A DNA stretch of 64,000 bases from assembly GCA_963833095.1 (NCBI GenBank), contig CAWHWQ010000001.1, forward strand, positions 480,001 to 544,000, given 5' to 3'. Below the pieces are notes generated by a model, which saw only the letters and a list, made by a program, of their open reading frames with translations, was not told where the DNA came from and ran no database searches. Numbering within the stretch: position 1 is the stretch's first letter; each line of letters opens with the position of its first letter. This stretch comes from Vulcanimicrobiota bacterium. GTDB lineage: Bacteria > Vulcanimicrobiota > Vulcanimicrobiia > Vulcanimicrobiales > Vulcanimicrobiaceae. Positions 51,282 to 61,279 of the stretch are shown here, piece after piece. The translations under genes were made by a program, and so were the position numbers.

Positions 51282-52575
51282 CCCCGCGGCGGCGCCCGAG
51301 GCGCCCCGGCGTCGTTCGCGTTGGCGCTCGCTGCTGCTGCTCTTCGCCGTGCTCGGACCCGGCTTTGTCACGGCGTCGGCGGGCAATGACGTCGGCGGTA
51401 TCGCCACCTATTCGTCAGCCGGTGCGCAGTTCGGCTACAACATTTTGTGGGTGATGATTCCGCTCGCGGTCGCGCTCATCGTCGTGCAAGAGATGTCGGC
51501 CCGCATGGGATGTGTCACCGGCAAGGGGCTAGCGGCGCTGATTCGCGAGGACTTCGGCGTTCGGATTTCGTTCTTTGCGATGATCGTGCTGTTCCTGATC
51601 AACACGCTTATCACGTCGACCGAGTTTGCCGGCATCGCCGCCGCAGCCGAGCATTTTCACGTCTCGCGCTACATCGCCGTTCCCGCCGCGCTGCTCGTCG
51701 TCTTCTTCTTCGTCCTGCGCTTCAACAACAAGATCGTCGAGCGAGTTTTCGTGACGTTCTCGCTGATTTATCTCACCTACATCGTCTCGGCCGTGCTGGC
51801 CAAACCCGACTGGCATCAGGTCGCTGCGGGCACGTTCGTCCCGCACTTCGAGTTCCATCAAGCCGGGCTGGCTCGCGATGGTCGTCACGCTCATCGGCAC
51901 GACGATCTCGCCCTACATGCAGTTCTTTCTCCAGTCGCAGGTCGTCGAGAAGGGCTCGCGCACCGAAGACTTGACGCTTCACGCGAATCGACGTGATCAA
52001 CGGCTCGGCCCTCGCGATCGCACTTGCCGGCTTCATGATCATCGCCAACGCGGCGACGATCTTCGTTGCGAACGAACACGGCGCCAGGCTCAATCCGCAA
52101 ACGGCGATGGACTTTGCGGTGGCGCTAAAACCGCTGGCCGGCGACGCGGCGGCGCTGATCTTCGCGCTCGGCATTCTGAATGCCGGGCTCTTCACCGCGA
52201 CGGTGTTGCCGCTCTCGACAAGCTACATCATTTGCGAGGCGTTGGGCTTCGAAGCCGCGATCGATCGGCGTTTCTCGGAGGCACCGGTCTTCTTCATCCT
52301 GTTCGCGCGCCGGGCTGCTGCTCGGCGCAGGGTTCGTGCTCATTCCGGGCCTGCCGCTGCTGCAGCTCATTCTCTTTGCGCAGGTGCTGCAAGGCATCTT
52401 ACTGCCCGCGGAACTCGTGTTGATGCTGATCATCATCAACCGCAAGTCGGTCATGGGTGAACATACCAACGGGCCGCTGGCCAACACGATTGCCTGGACG
52501 ACGGCAATTGTTATCGGATTGCTCTCGCTACTTTACGTGGTGGGGCAGTTTATTCCGCAGCTTCTCGGCGCATAA
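51262..52575 (+). CDS. Nramp-related divalent metal (probable Mg2+) transporter, frameshifted
   Basis: LGPGFVTASAGNDVGGIATY, QEMSARMG, GTTISPYMQFF, FALGILNAG. Confidence 0.88.
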
Positions 52576-54376
52576 CGCGCGGTTTGTTCAGCGTACGGCG
52601 CGCCGACTCTGCGTCAGCGAAGCACCAGCGGTTGCGGCCTTCTTTTTTCGCCCGATAGAGAGCGCGATCGGCGGCCTCCATCAACTCTTCGATCCGGGCA
52701 CCGTCGCTCGGGTAGAGCGCGATCCCGATGCTCAAACGCACTTTGTGCGGCATGCCGTCGATGACGACCGGCTCCTGCATCGCGACGTTGAGCTTTCGCG
52801 CAAGATCGGCTGCATCGCTTGGACCGTCGACGATCGGCTGTAAGATTACGAACTCGTCGCCGCCGAAACGTGAGATCGTATCGCTCTCACGCGTTGCCAG
52901 ACGCAGGCGGTGCGCGACTTCTTGCAGGGTCGCATCGCCGACCGCGTGGCCATGCTTGTCGTTGATGTTCTTGAAATGGTCGACGTCGAGGTACATCACC
53001 GCAAAGCCACGATCGTAGCGGCGCGCCGTCGCTATCGTTTGCTCGATGCGGTCGGTGAAAAGCACGCGGTTCGGCAAGCCGGTAAGCGCATCGTTAAAGG
53101 CCATCTGTTCTATGCGCTCGTTTTGCGCGGCACGCTCGAGCGCCGCCGAGACGAACAGCCCGATCAGCTGTATCATGTCGCGTTCGCTTGGATCGATGCT
53201 CTCACGTGGCGCGCGACCAGCGAAGACCAGCGCACCATAAAATTCATTGAAGACCGTTAGCGGCACGCCGAAATACGAGCGCCACGGCGTGGTCACCCGG
53301 ATCGGATCCTCACGGTGTTCAGGCGCGTCCATGTCCGAGACAAAACATGGTCCACCACGCTCCATGACGTGATGCGCGAACGAGGCGCGGGCGGGATAAA
53401 TCGTGCCTTTGGTGATGAGTGCCTCGCCCGAGGCGTTGCGCAGCAAAACGCGGTCGCGCCCCTGATATTGCGCGACGTAGCCGATATCCCAGCCGAAGAG
53501 CTCGACGCCCAAGCTCAGCGCCTCATCGATTTGATCTTCGAGCGATTCGTGTCCCGAAGCGGCCACCATCACCAGGCGTCGCAAACGCTCGCTCTGCGCC
53601 TCGATCGCGCGCTCAGCCGCGCGCTGCGCGGCGACATTTTTAAAGATGGCGTACGCACCGGTGATCGCGCCCGAGGCGTGGAGCGGCACGAGTTTGAGTT
53701 GGACGTCGAGACGATTGCCGAGCCGGTCGAGCAACAACGAGTCGGCTTCGACCGCCTCACCGCGCATCGCGCTGCGAAGGAGCTCGAGCGCCGGCTCGCG
53801 TCGCTCCGGCGCGATCAATTCGGTCCACGGTTTGCCGACGATCCGCTCGCCGAAGAAGCCGGTTTCACCTTCGAGTGCAACGTTGACGCGCGAGATCGCA
53901 CCGGTGCTCTTGAGCTCCATGATCCCGTCGGGGTGATATTCGAAAAGCGAACGAAATTTTTCTTGGTTGATCGTGAGTGACGATTCTGCCGAGCGCAGGG
54001 CAACGATGTCGCGTGCCTGGGCAAAGACGCCGACGATCTCACCATTGAAACGTGCCGGAAAGATGTAACATTCGACCGGGATCACCGTGCCGTCGCGATG
54101 CTTGGCGAAGGTGTCGAAGTGATCGGTGCCGCCGGCGAGCGCGGTCTTCATTGCCACGTCGACGCGCGTGAGATCGGAATCGTCGGAAACGTGGAGGCGA
54201 TACGGGGACCCGACGAACTCCTGCGGATTGTAGCCGGTTAGCGCTTGTGCCGCCTCGTTGGCGGCAATGGTATGCCCGGTCAGGTCATAAAGAACGACCG
54301 CATCGGGCGTATCCTGATACATCGAGGCGACGGCCTCGCGCAAAACCTTCGGATCCATCTCCAAGAATATCGACAT
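52550..54376 (-). CDS. Diguanylate cyclase (PAS-PAS-GAF-GGDEF)
   Basis: DALTGLPNR, LDVDHFK, RESD I-site, RFGGDEF, ADRALYRAKKEGRN. Confidence 0.95.
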   Translation of the reverse strand: MSIFLEMDPKVLREAVASMYQDTPDAVVLYDLTGHTIAANEAAQALTGYNPQEFVGSPYRLHVSDDSDLTRVDVAMKTALAGGTDHFDTFAKHRDGTVIPVECYIFPARFNGEIVGVFAQARDIVALRSAESSLTINQEKFRSLFEYHPDGIMELKSTGAISRVNVALEGETGFFGERIVGKPWTELIAPERREPALELLRSAMRGEAVEADSLLLDRLGNRLDVQLKLVPLHASGAITGAYAIFKNVAAQRAAERAIEAQSERLRRLVMVAASGHESLEDQIDEALSLGVELFGWDIGYVAQYQGRDRVLLRNASGEALITKGTIYPARASFAHHVMERGGPCFVSDMDAPEHREDPIRVTTPWRSYFGVPLTVFNEFYGALVFAGRAPRESIDPSERDMIQLIGLFVSAALERAAQNERIEQMAFNDALTGLPNRVLFTDRIEQTIATARRYDRGFAVMYLDVDHFKNINDKHGHAVGDATLQEVAHRLRLATRESDTISRFGGDEFVILQPIVDGPSDAADLARKLNVAMQEPVVIDGMPHKVRLSIGIALYPSDGARIEELMEAADRALYRAKKEGRNRWCFADAESARRTLNKPRVMRREAAE

Positions 54377-54396
54377 ATTCGCCGAAGGAACTGCGC

Positions 54397-55539
54397 ATGA
54401 CCCCCGACCGAATCGTGGAGTTTGCGGAAGAATTAACCCGCGTGGCCGCCGCAGGTGGGGGCGCGAAAGCGCTTGCCACCCACCTTTCGGACGTGACCGG
54501 AGCCGGGGTGCTGGTCGAGGACGCCGAGTGGCGCCACGTGGCGACCGCGGGCAAAGGCAGCCTCCCGGCCACGGCCCGCGGTCAAAAAAACGGCCGGGCC
54601 CACACCGTTCCGATCGCCGCTGGGACCAATCAGCTCGGCTTTTTATCGGTCTTTCCGGGGGCCGACGGGGTCGACGACGACCTGGCGCGCATCGTGCGGC
54701 TGGCCGCGGCCGCGATGGCCCTCGAACTCTCGCGAGAAGCAGACGGCGGCCGAAGCCGCCGTCGCACGTTTTGGGAGCGCCTGATCGGAGGCGCCTATCA
54801 CGAGCACAGCTCCGCGCGCGAAGATGCAAGTGCGCGGGGTATTGCGCTCGCCTCGCATTACGTCTGCGTCGCGCTTGAAGCCGAAGCCGGCGCGGACGAA
54901 GACCACGCGCCCGCGCTCGCGGAACTCCGCGTGCTCGCCGCCGACACGTTTCGCTCGGGCGAGGCCGACGTCGGCATCATCGAACGCGGGGTAACGTTGG
55001 TGGTGCTCATGCCGGCAGCACGCGAGGTCGATGCCGAGAACGCCAAGACCGCGGCGCTCCTGCTGCCCAAGAGCGCCGCGAAACGCAAACCGGGATTACG
55101 CATCGCGGGCGGCGTGGCGTCAAGTGTCACTGCGCTCGAGGCCAAGCGCGGTGTAGCCGGAGCCGAGGCGGCGCTTGCGATCGCGCGCCGCATCTACGGC
55201 ATCGGGCGCGTCGCCGCGTTCGATGAGCTCGGGGCGTATCCATTGCTCTACACCGGCGCCAGCGTCGAGCATCTGCAGCGTCTCTCGGAGAGCGTGCTCG
55301 CGCCGCTGCGCGCCTACGACGAGAAGCATCAAACCGAACTCGAGCGCACACTCGCGCTCTACTTTTCGACGGGACAAAACGTGAAAACGACCGCCTCCGC
55401 GCTCAACGTCCACCGTCATACGGTGTTCTATCGCCTGCGCCAGATCAACGATATCTCGGGCCGCTCGCTCGAGAGCGCGCACGACCAACTCACCCTTCGC
55501 TTAGCGATTGCGATCGATGCACTCCACAACCAGCACTAA
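54397..55539 (+). CDS. PucR/CdaR family transcriptional regulator
   Basis: LAPLRAYD..LERTL, TASALNVHRHTVFYRLRQI. Confidence 0.92.
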   Translation: MTPDRIVEFAEELTRVAAAGGGAKALATHLSDVTGAGVLVEDAEWRHVATAGKGSLPATARGQKNGRAHTVPIAAGTNQLGFLSVFPGADGVDDDLARIVRLAAAAMALELSREADGGRSRRRTFWERLIGGAYHEHSSAREDASARGIALASHYVCVALEAEAGADEDHAPALAELRVLAADTFRSGEADVGIIERGVTLVVLMPAAREVDAENAKTAALLLPKSAAKRKPGLRIAGGVASSVTALEAKRGVAGAEAALAIARRIYGIGRVAAFDELGAYPLLYTGASVEHLQRLSESVLAPLRAYDEKHQTELERTLALYFSTGQNVKTTASALNVHRHTVFYRLRQINDISGRSLESAHDQLTLRLAIAIDALHNQH

Positions 55540-56797
55540 ACGCGACGTCGTCAAACTCGCCAAAGAGCGCAACGTGCGCTTCGTGCGGCTCGTCTTTGCC
55601 GATATTTTCGGCGTCAGCAAGAACGTTTCGATTCCGGCGAGCGAGCTTGAAGCCGCGCTTGACGGCCGCGTGACCTTCGACGGCGGATCGATCGACGGGT
55701 TCGTGCGCGGCGAAGAGCTCGATATGGTGTTGCGCCCGGATCCAACCACGTTTGCAATCTACCCTTGGTCGAATCCCGACGGCGCCGAAGCGCGATTGCT
55801 CTGCGACATCGCGATGCCCGACGGCGCGCCGTTCGAAGGCGATCCGCGCACGACGCTTGCACGCGCGGTCGAAGGCGCCCGCGCCGTCCTACCGGGGTTG
55901 ACGATCGGCCTCGAGGTCGAGTTTTATCTCTTCGAAGGCGGCACCAACACCTCGGATGTGGGGAGCTACTTCGATTTTTCGGCCAACGATCGCGGTGAAG
56001 ATGCGCGCAGCGCCATCGTCGCCGCGCTGCAAAACATGGGTATTGCCGTCGCGTCGGCACATCACGAGATCGGCGCAGGGCAGCACGAGATCGACCTCGC
56101 CTTTGTCGATCCGCTCGCTGCGGCCGACAACGTGCTCACGCTGCGCACGATCGCCAAGCACGTCGCTACGGGATTCGGTCTCGACGCGACCTTTATGCCT
56201 AAGCCGCTCGAGGAACGCGCCGGGAGCGGCCTCCATGTCGAGCTGATGCTTGGTGACGGAGCCGATGAAGAGACGATGCTCTATGTCATCGGCGGCCTGC
56301 TCGAGCACGCGGCGGCGACGACGGCGATCTGCAATCCCACGGTCAATTCCTATAAGCGCTTGGTCGCGGCATGGGACGCGCCCATCTACACAGTCTGGTC
56401 GGAGCGCAGCGTCAACGCGCTCGTGCGGGTTCCGCCGGCAACCCGTCCGCGCCATATCGAGATGCGCAGCCCGGATCCCGCGTGCAATCCCTACCTCGCG
56501 CTCGCGGTCTTGCTCGGTGCCGCGACCGACGGCATCTTGCGCAGCGTGCTCCCGGGCAGCGCACTCGCCGGGTCGACCTACGATCTAGGCGAACGCGAAC
56601 GGCGCGAACGCGGGATCGGCACGCTCCCGAAATCGCTGCGCCAAGCGATCACCGAACTCGACAAAGATGCAGTCGTCCGCGCCGCGCTCGGCGATCATTT
56701 GTACCACGCATTCCGCGACGCAAAACTCGCTGAATATGAGAGCTACCGCCGCGCCGTCCACCCATGGGAACACAAAGCGTACCTCAAACTGTATTAG
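55517..56797 (+). CDS. Glutamine synthetase family protein
   Basis: FDGGSIDGF, GLEVEF, HHEIGAGQHEI, ATFMPKP, GSGLH, NSYKRL, EMRSPDPACNPYL. Confidence 0.9.
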   Translation: MHSTTSTKRDVVKLAKERNVRFVRLVFADIFGVSKNVSIPASELEAALDGRVTFDGGSIDGFVRGEELDMVLRPDPTTFAIYPWSNPDGAEARLLCDIAMPDGAPFEGDPRTTLARAVEGARAVLPGLTIGLEVEFYLFEGGTNTSDVGSYFDFSANDRGEDARSAIVAALQNMGIAVASAHHEIGAGQHEIDLAFVDPLAAADNVLTLRTIAKHVATGFGLDATFMPKPLEERAGSGLHVELMLGDGADEETMLYVIGGLLEHAAATTAICNPTVNSYKRLVAAWDAPIYTVWSERSVNALVRVPPATRPRHIEMRSPDPACNPYLALAVLLGAATDGILRSVLPGSALAGSTYDLGERERRERGIGTLPKSLRQAITELDKDAVVRAALGDHLYHAFRDAKLAEYESYRRAVHPWEHKAYLKLY

Positions 56798-57052
56798 CCT
56801 TTGTCATCCTAAGCGTAGGCTCGAAGCGCCGTAAGTCGAGGGAGAATCAGCGACGTTGCTAAGCGAAGGCTCGAAGTTTTGCGCCATTCGCAGGAGGCGA
56901 ACTTCCTTTGGATGTGGCGCAAAACTCGCGCAGCAGGATCGGCGCAGGAAGCGCCGCGAGGAGCGTTTTCGCGAGCAACATCGCTGATTCGGTCCCTCGA
57001 CTACGCTTGCGAACGCTGCGCGTTCGCTGTGCTACGCTCGGGATGACAAAGG
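56798..57052. repeat. Palindromic element, copy 3, with AGGA-hairpin core
   Basis: TIR CCTTTGTCATCCTAAGCGTAG/CTACGCTCGGGATGACAAAGG; core nearly identical to copy 2. Confidence 0.92.
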
Positions 57053-57053
57053 G

Positions 57054-57434
57054 TTATTTTCTTGCGATCGCGTCTATCTCGACGCGTGCGCCGCGGGGAA
57101 GGCCAGCGACGGCGACGGTCGAGCGGGCGGGTTTGCTCGCGTCGAAGTATTTTCCATAGACCGCATTGACCGCGGCGAAGTCATTCATGTCGATGAGAAA
57201 GATCGTCGTCTTGACGACATCGTCATAGTCGCAGTTCGCCGCTGTGAGGACGGCGCCGAGATTCTTCATCACTTGCTCGGCCTGCGCCGAGACGTCGCCA
57301 TCGATCAGATTGCCGGTGCTTGGATCGAGCGCGATCTGGCCCGAGCAATAGATTGTCTTGCCGCTACGCACGGCTTGACTGTACGGCCCGATCGGCGCGG
57401 GCGCGGCAGCGCTCGCAATGCTATCGTGCCCCAT
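57054..57434 (-). CDS. ridA: RidA family enamine/imine deaminase
   Basis: APAPIGPYSQA, SGQI, PARSTVAVAGLP..ARVEID. Confidence 0.95.
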   Translation of the reverse strand: MGHDSIASAAAPAPIGPYSQAVRSGKTIYCSGQIALDPSTGNLIDGDVSAQAEQVMKNLGAVLTAANCDYDDVVKTTIFLIDMNDFAAVNAVYGKYFDASKPARSTVAVAGLPRGARVEIDAIARK

Positions 57435-58462
57435 TAGGCGGAGACCGATTCGCGCGTCATCGTGCCTTTGAACTTCATCGGCTCTTCCTCGAGCCCGAAG
57501 TTGCCACGGTACAGCTCGTCGATCTTCGTCAGCTCCGCGGCGGTGAGCGCAGGCGACTCCGTCGCGGCGGCAAATTCGCGCAACTGGTCCACATCGTAGA
57601 TGTTCGGAAGCACCGTCATCACACGCGGTTCGTGCAGCAGCCACTGAATCGCCGCCTGCCCCAGCGTGCGGCCAGGCTGTTCGAGGAAGCGCAGTTGATC
57701 GACTTTTTTGATGCCGTTGATCAGCCACGAGCGCGGACGGTGGCGGCGGTGATCGTTCTCGGGAAAGACCGTTTCCTGCGTGTAGTGTCCTTCAAGCATT
57801 CCGCTGGCGTGCGGAACGCGAATCATGAATCCCGTATCGGCTCCGCTTTCGTCCGCGGCCTTGATCTGTGGCGTCCCGGGATACTGCTCGAGCATATTCC
57901 AGATGATCTGTAGCGAGGGAACGTTGTGCTTCTCGATGGCATCGACGCCTTCGTACAGAAAGCCGATCGCGGGGCCGAGCGCGACGCCGTACATGCGGAT
58001 CTTCCCTGCGGACTTGAGCTCTTCGAGCGTGGCCCACATTTCCTGGTTGTCGACGTGCTCCATCTTCGCGTTGTGCAGCTGATAGATATCGATATAGTCA
58101 GTCTGCAGCCGGCGCAGCGATGCGTCGAGCGCCTTACGAATGAAGTCCGGCGATACGTCCTGCGGCAACTCCATCTGTCCGCGCCGCTCGGCTTGCGTCG
58201 AGATGTCATAGCCGAACTTGGTTGCGATGACAACGTCGTCGCGCCGTCCGGAAAACGCCTTCGCCAACTGTTCTTCGCTGCGACCGTTGCCGTAGGTGTC
58301 GGCGGCATCGAAAAACGTGACGCCAAGATCGCGCGCTTCGTGCAGCATGCGCGCAGCCTCGTCGTCGGTCTTCTCGCCCCACCAGCCGGTCGAGGTAGTC
58401 CACAAGCCGAATCCGACCTCACTCACGGTGACGTCCGAGTTGGGGTAAGAACGATATTTCAT
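57434..58462 (-). CDS. Aldo/keto reductase
   Basis: FDAADTYG, ATKFG, SLRRLQTDYIDIYQLH, GKIR. Confidence 0.95.
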   Translation of the reverse strand: MKYRSYPNSDVTVSEVGFGLWTTSTGWWGEKTDDEAARMLHEARDLGVTFFDAADTYGNGRSEEQLAKAFSGRRDDVVIATKFGYDISTQAERRGQMELPQDVSPDFIRKALDASLRRLQTDYIDIYQLHNAKMEHVDNQEMWATLEELKSAGKIRMYGVALGPAIGFLYEGVDAIEKHNVPSLQIIWNMLEQYPGTPQIKAADESGADTGFMIRVPHASGMLEGHYTQETVFPENDHRRHRPRSWLINGIKKVDQLRFLEQPGRTLGQAAIQWLLHEPRVMTVLPNIYDVDQLREFAAATESPALTAAELTKIDELYRGNFGLEEEPMKFKGTMTRESVSA

Positions 58463-58505
58463 AGTAAGCGGGCTTCTCTGGGGCCCGGCGCCAACCCTCA
58501 CAATT

Positions 58506-59930
58506 GTGGTTGGAGAGCGCACTTTTGAGGAAGACTTTGCGCGGGTAGGGCGCTGGATCGAGGAGTATCTCAGCGAGCCCAGCCGCTACCCGGTGTTCCC
58601 GGCAAGTACGCCTGGTGAGGTCGCCGCAGCCCTGCCCGATCACGCTCCCGAAGAAGGTGAGCCGTTCGAGCAAATCATGGCGGATTTCGAGCGCATCATT
58701 GTCCCGGGAATCACGCATTGGAATCATCCCCGCTTTTTTGCGTACTTCGCGACCAGCGCGGCGCCGGCGGCGATCGCAGCCGAAGCACTTGCCGCGACCC
58801 TCGACGTGAAAGTCATGCTTTGGCGGACGTCGCCCTCCGCAGCGGAACTGGAATCGGTCGTCATGCGCTGGCTTGGCCGACTCATGGACGTACCCGAAAC
58901 GTGGACCGGGGTCATTTATGATACCGCCTCGGTCGCCGGGTTCACCGCACTTGCGGCGGCACGCGAATCGCTCGGCCTAAAGATTCGCGAAGACGGCATG
59001 AGCGGGCGCGGACTTCCGGCGTTACGCGTTTATGCAACGTCGCAGACGCACTCGCACATCGAAAAAGCTGCCATTGCACTTGGGATCGGGCAGCGCAACG
59101 TCGTCGCGGTGCCCTGTGACGACGCTTACCGGATGGACCCGGCGGCGCTACAGCGCGCGATCGATGAAGACCGCCGCGACGGCATGCAGCCGATGGCGAT
59201 TGTCGCGACCGTCGGCACGACCTCGACGACGTCGATCGATCCGGTACCGGCCATCGCAGAGATCGCGCGGCGCGAGCGCATCTGGCTTCACGTCGATGCC
59301 GCCTATGCGGGCGTCGCATCGATGCTTCCCGAATTTGCGCATTTGATGGACGGCGTCGAGCGCGCCGATTCACTCGTCGTCAACCCGCACAAGTGGCTTT
59401 TCATCCCGATGGACCTTTCCGTTTTGTTCCTGCGCGACGAGGCGACGGTTCGCCGCGCGTTCAGCTTGGTACCCGAATATCTCACGACCACGGACGGTAG
59501 CGTACGCAATTATATGGACTACGGCATTCAACTCGGGCGGCGCTTCCGCGCGCTCAAACTTTGGTTCGTGCTTCGCCACATGGGCGCAGCGCAGATTCGC
59601 GAGCGCCTGCGCGGCCACATTGCGCTCGCGCAGCGGTTCGCGCGGTGGGTCGACGAGGATCCGCACTGGGAGACGATGGCCCCGCATCCGCTCTCGCTGG
59701 TTTGTTTTCGCTATCACCCCGCCGGCGTCGACGACGAGGCCCAGCTCGAGCGCATCAACGCAGCGCTTCTCGAAGCCGTCAATGCAAGCGGCGAGATGTT
59801 CATCTCGCACACAAAATTACACGAACGCTACGTGCTGCGGCTAGCGATCGGCAACCTGCGTACGACGCGCAGCGACGTCGAGGCCGCCTGGGCAATACTA
59901 CAGCGAGAGGCACGAGGGTTGGCTGTATGA
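58506..59930 (+). CDS. Group II PLP decarboxylase (aromatic-L-amino-acid decarboxylase-like)
   Basis: THWNHPRFFAYF, ATVGTT, WLHVDAAY, NPHKW, LGRRFRALKLW. Confidence 0.93.
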   Translation: MVGERTFEEDFARVGRWIEEYLSEPSRYPVFPASTPGEVAAALPDHAPEEGEPFEQIMADFERIIVPGITHWNHPRFFAYFATSAAPAAIAAEALAATLDVKVMLWRTSPSAAELESVVMRWLGRLMDVPETWTGVIYDTASVAGFTALAAARESLGLKIREDGMSGRGLPALRVYATSQTHSHIEKAAIALGIGQRNVVAVPCDDAYRMDPAALQRAIDEDRRDGMQPMAIVATVGTTSTTSIDPVPAIAEIARRERIWLHVDAAYAGVASMLPEFAHLMDGVERADSLVVNPHKWLFIPMDLSVLFLRDEATVRRAFSLVPEYLTTTDGSVRNYMDYGIQLGRRFRALKLWFVLRHMGAAQIRERLRGHIALAQRFARWVDEDPHWETMAPHPLSLVCFRYHPAGVDDEAQLERINAALLEAVNASGEMFISHTKLHERYVLRLAIGNLRTTRSDVEAAWAILQREARGLAV

Positions 59931-61279
59931 CGCCGCTACGCGTGCTGGTGATCGGGAGCGACGGCATTGCCGACGGACTGCGCTCCCTGCCCGAAGGTGA
60001 CACGCTCCAAATCGAAACCGCGAGCACGCTCGACGACGTGCTTGCCGGCCCAGTATCGGTCGACGTCGTGGTGGCCGATCGTCGTGGGATCGATGGCGGA
60101 AATGAGCGCCTCGCGCAACTTGCTCGCGCGCTCGCCCCCGTGCCGCTCGTCGTCGTCGGCGATGACGAATCGCTTGCGCGCACGATTTTCGCCGCAGCTG
60201 ATCGCGCGTGGCTGCGCGGATCGCTCGCCGCCGCGCTCGACGAGCTCGAATTGCAGCGCTCGGCCGTCATGCAGATTAGCCAACTCAAACACGACCTCGT
60301 GGCCACGCTCGCGCATGACATCAAAGGACCGCTCACCTCGATCATCGGCTTTGCCGAATTGCTCGAAGAAGGCTTTCTCGAGGGCGACGATGCCACCGAT
60401 GCCGCTAAAACGATTCGTTCCAACGCGCAACGGCTCGCCACCCTTGCCAACGATATGCTCGCCCTTTCACGCGTCGAGCACGGCGAGCTCGAGATTGCCG
60501 ATGACCGCGTCGATCTGGGCGACGTGTTGCGTGCGACCGTCGAGTCGATTGGCCCCGAGCGCGCGATCGAACTCGTTATCGACGTTGAGCACCCTCTGGT
60601 GCGCGGCGACGCCGAACGTTTGCGCCAAGTTTTCGACAACCTTCTAAGAAATGCGATCAAGTTTTCGCCCGGCGGCGAGCCGGTGCAGGTGCGCGTGAGC
60701 GAACAAGGCACCGGCTTTTATATCACCGTGCAAGATCACGGCATCGGCATTCCGCCCGACGAGATAAGCAAACTCTTCAATCGCTTTGCGCGCGCCTCCA
60801 ATGCGCGTAAGGCAAAAATCGCCGGAACCGGGGTCGGGCTCTTCATCGTCAAAACCATCGTCGAGCGCCACGGCGGCAACGTCGGGGTGCACAGCGCCAT
60901 CGGTAGCGGAAGCACGTTCTACGTCAGTTTGCCGGCGATCGAACGCGCCCAAGGGGATGGGCCCGGCCGCGTCACGATCGTAACGCAGGATCGTCGGCTC
61001 TCACGCTTTACCGCCTTCGAGTTGCGCGCGCGCGGGTTTCGCGTGCGCGAAGTAAGCGCTCCCGCTGAGGCCGCCACGGGCGCTCGAGCGGGTGACGTAA
61101 TCCTCGTCGACGGGCAGACCGCCGGCGCGCAGGAAACGCGCGAGGCGCTGGGTCAGGTCCCGGTTCGCATTATCGGCGTGGGTTCGTCACTCAGCGATGG
61201 GTGGGACGCGACACTCCCCAAACCGTTCTTGATCAGCGACTTGCTAACGGCGGTTAGCGGTCGCGCGGCGACGACGTAG
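59927..61279 (+). CDS. Sensor histidine kinase with degenerate receiver-like termini
   Basis: LAHDIKGPL H-box, NLLRNAIKFS, DHGIGI, GTGVGL, GSGSTF. Confidence 0.92.
   Translation: MTPLRVLVIGSDGIADGLRSLPEGDTLQIETASTLDDVLAGPVSVDVVVADRRGIDGGNERLAQLARALAPVPLVVVGDDESLARTIFAAADRAWLRGSLAAALDELELQRSAVMQISQLKHDLVATLAHDIKGPLTSIIGFAELLEEGFLEGDDATDAAKTIRSNAQRLATLANDMLALSRVEHGELEIADDRVDLGDVLRATVESIGPERAIELVIDVEHPLVRGDAERLRQVFDNLLRNAIKFSPGGEPVQVRVSEQGTGFYITVQDHGIGIPPDEISKLFNRFARASNARKAKIAGTGVGLFIVKTIVERHGGNVGVHSAIGSGSTFYVSLPAIERAQGDGPGRVTIVTQDRRLSRFTAFELRARGFRVREVSAPAEAATGARAGDVILVDGQTAGAQETREALGQVPVRIIGVGSSLSDGWDATLPKPFLISDLLTAVSGRAATT

Noticed and set aside
49960..51996. 678-aa MgtE-Nramp fusion in the ORF track
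   Set aside because: The second CBS domain lies in another frame with its own stop at 51281, so the fusion results from an indel near 51020.
6347..57052. Repeats as a CRISPR array or autonomous IS
   Set aside because: They are dispersed single palindromes with no repeat-spacer periodicity, cas genes or transposase ORF.
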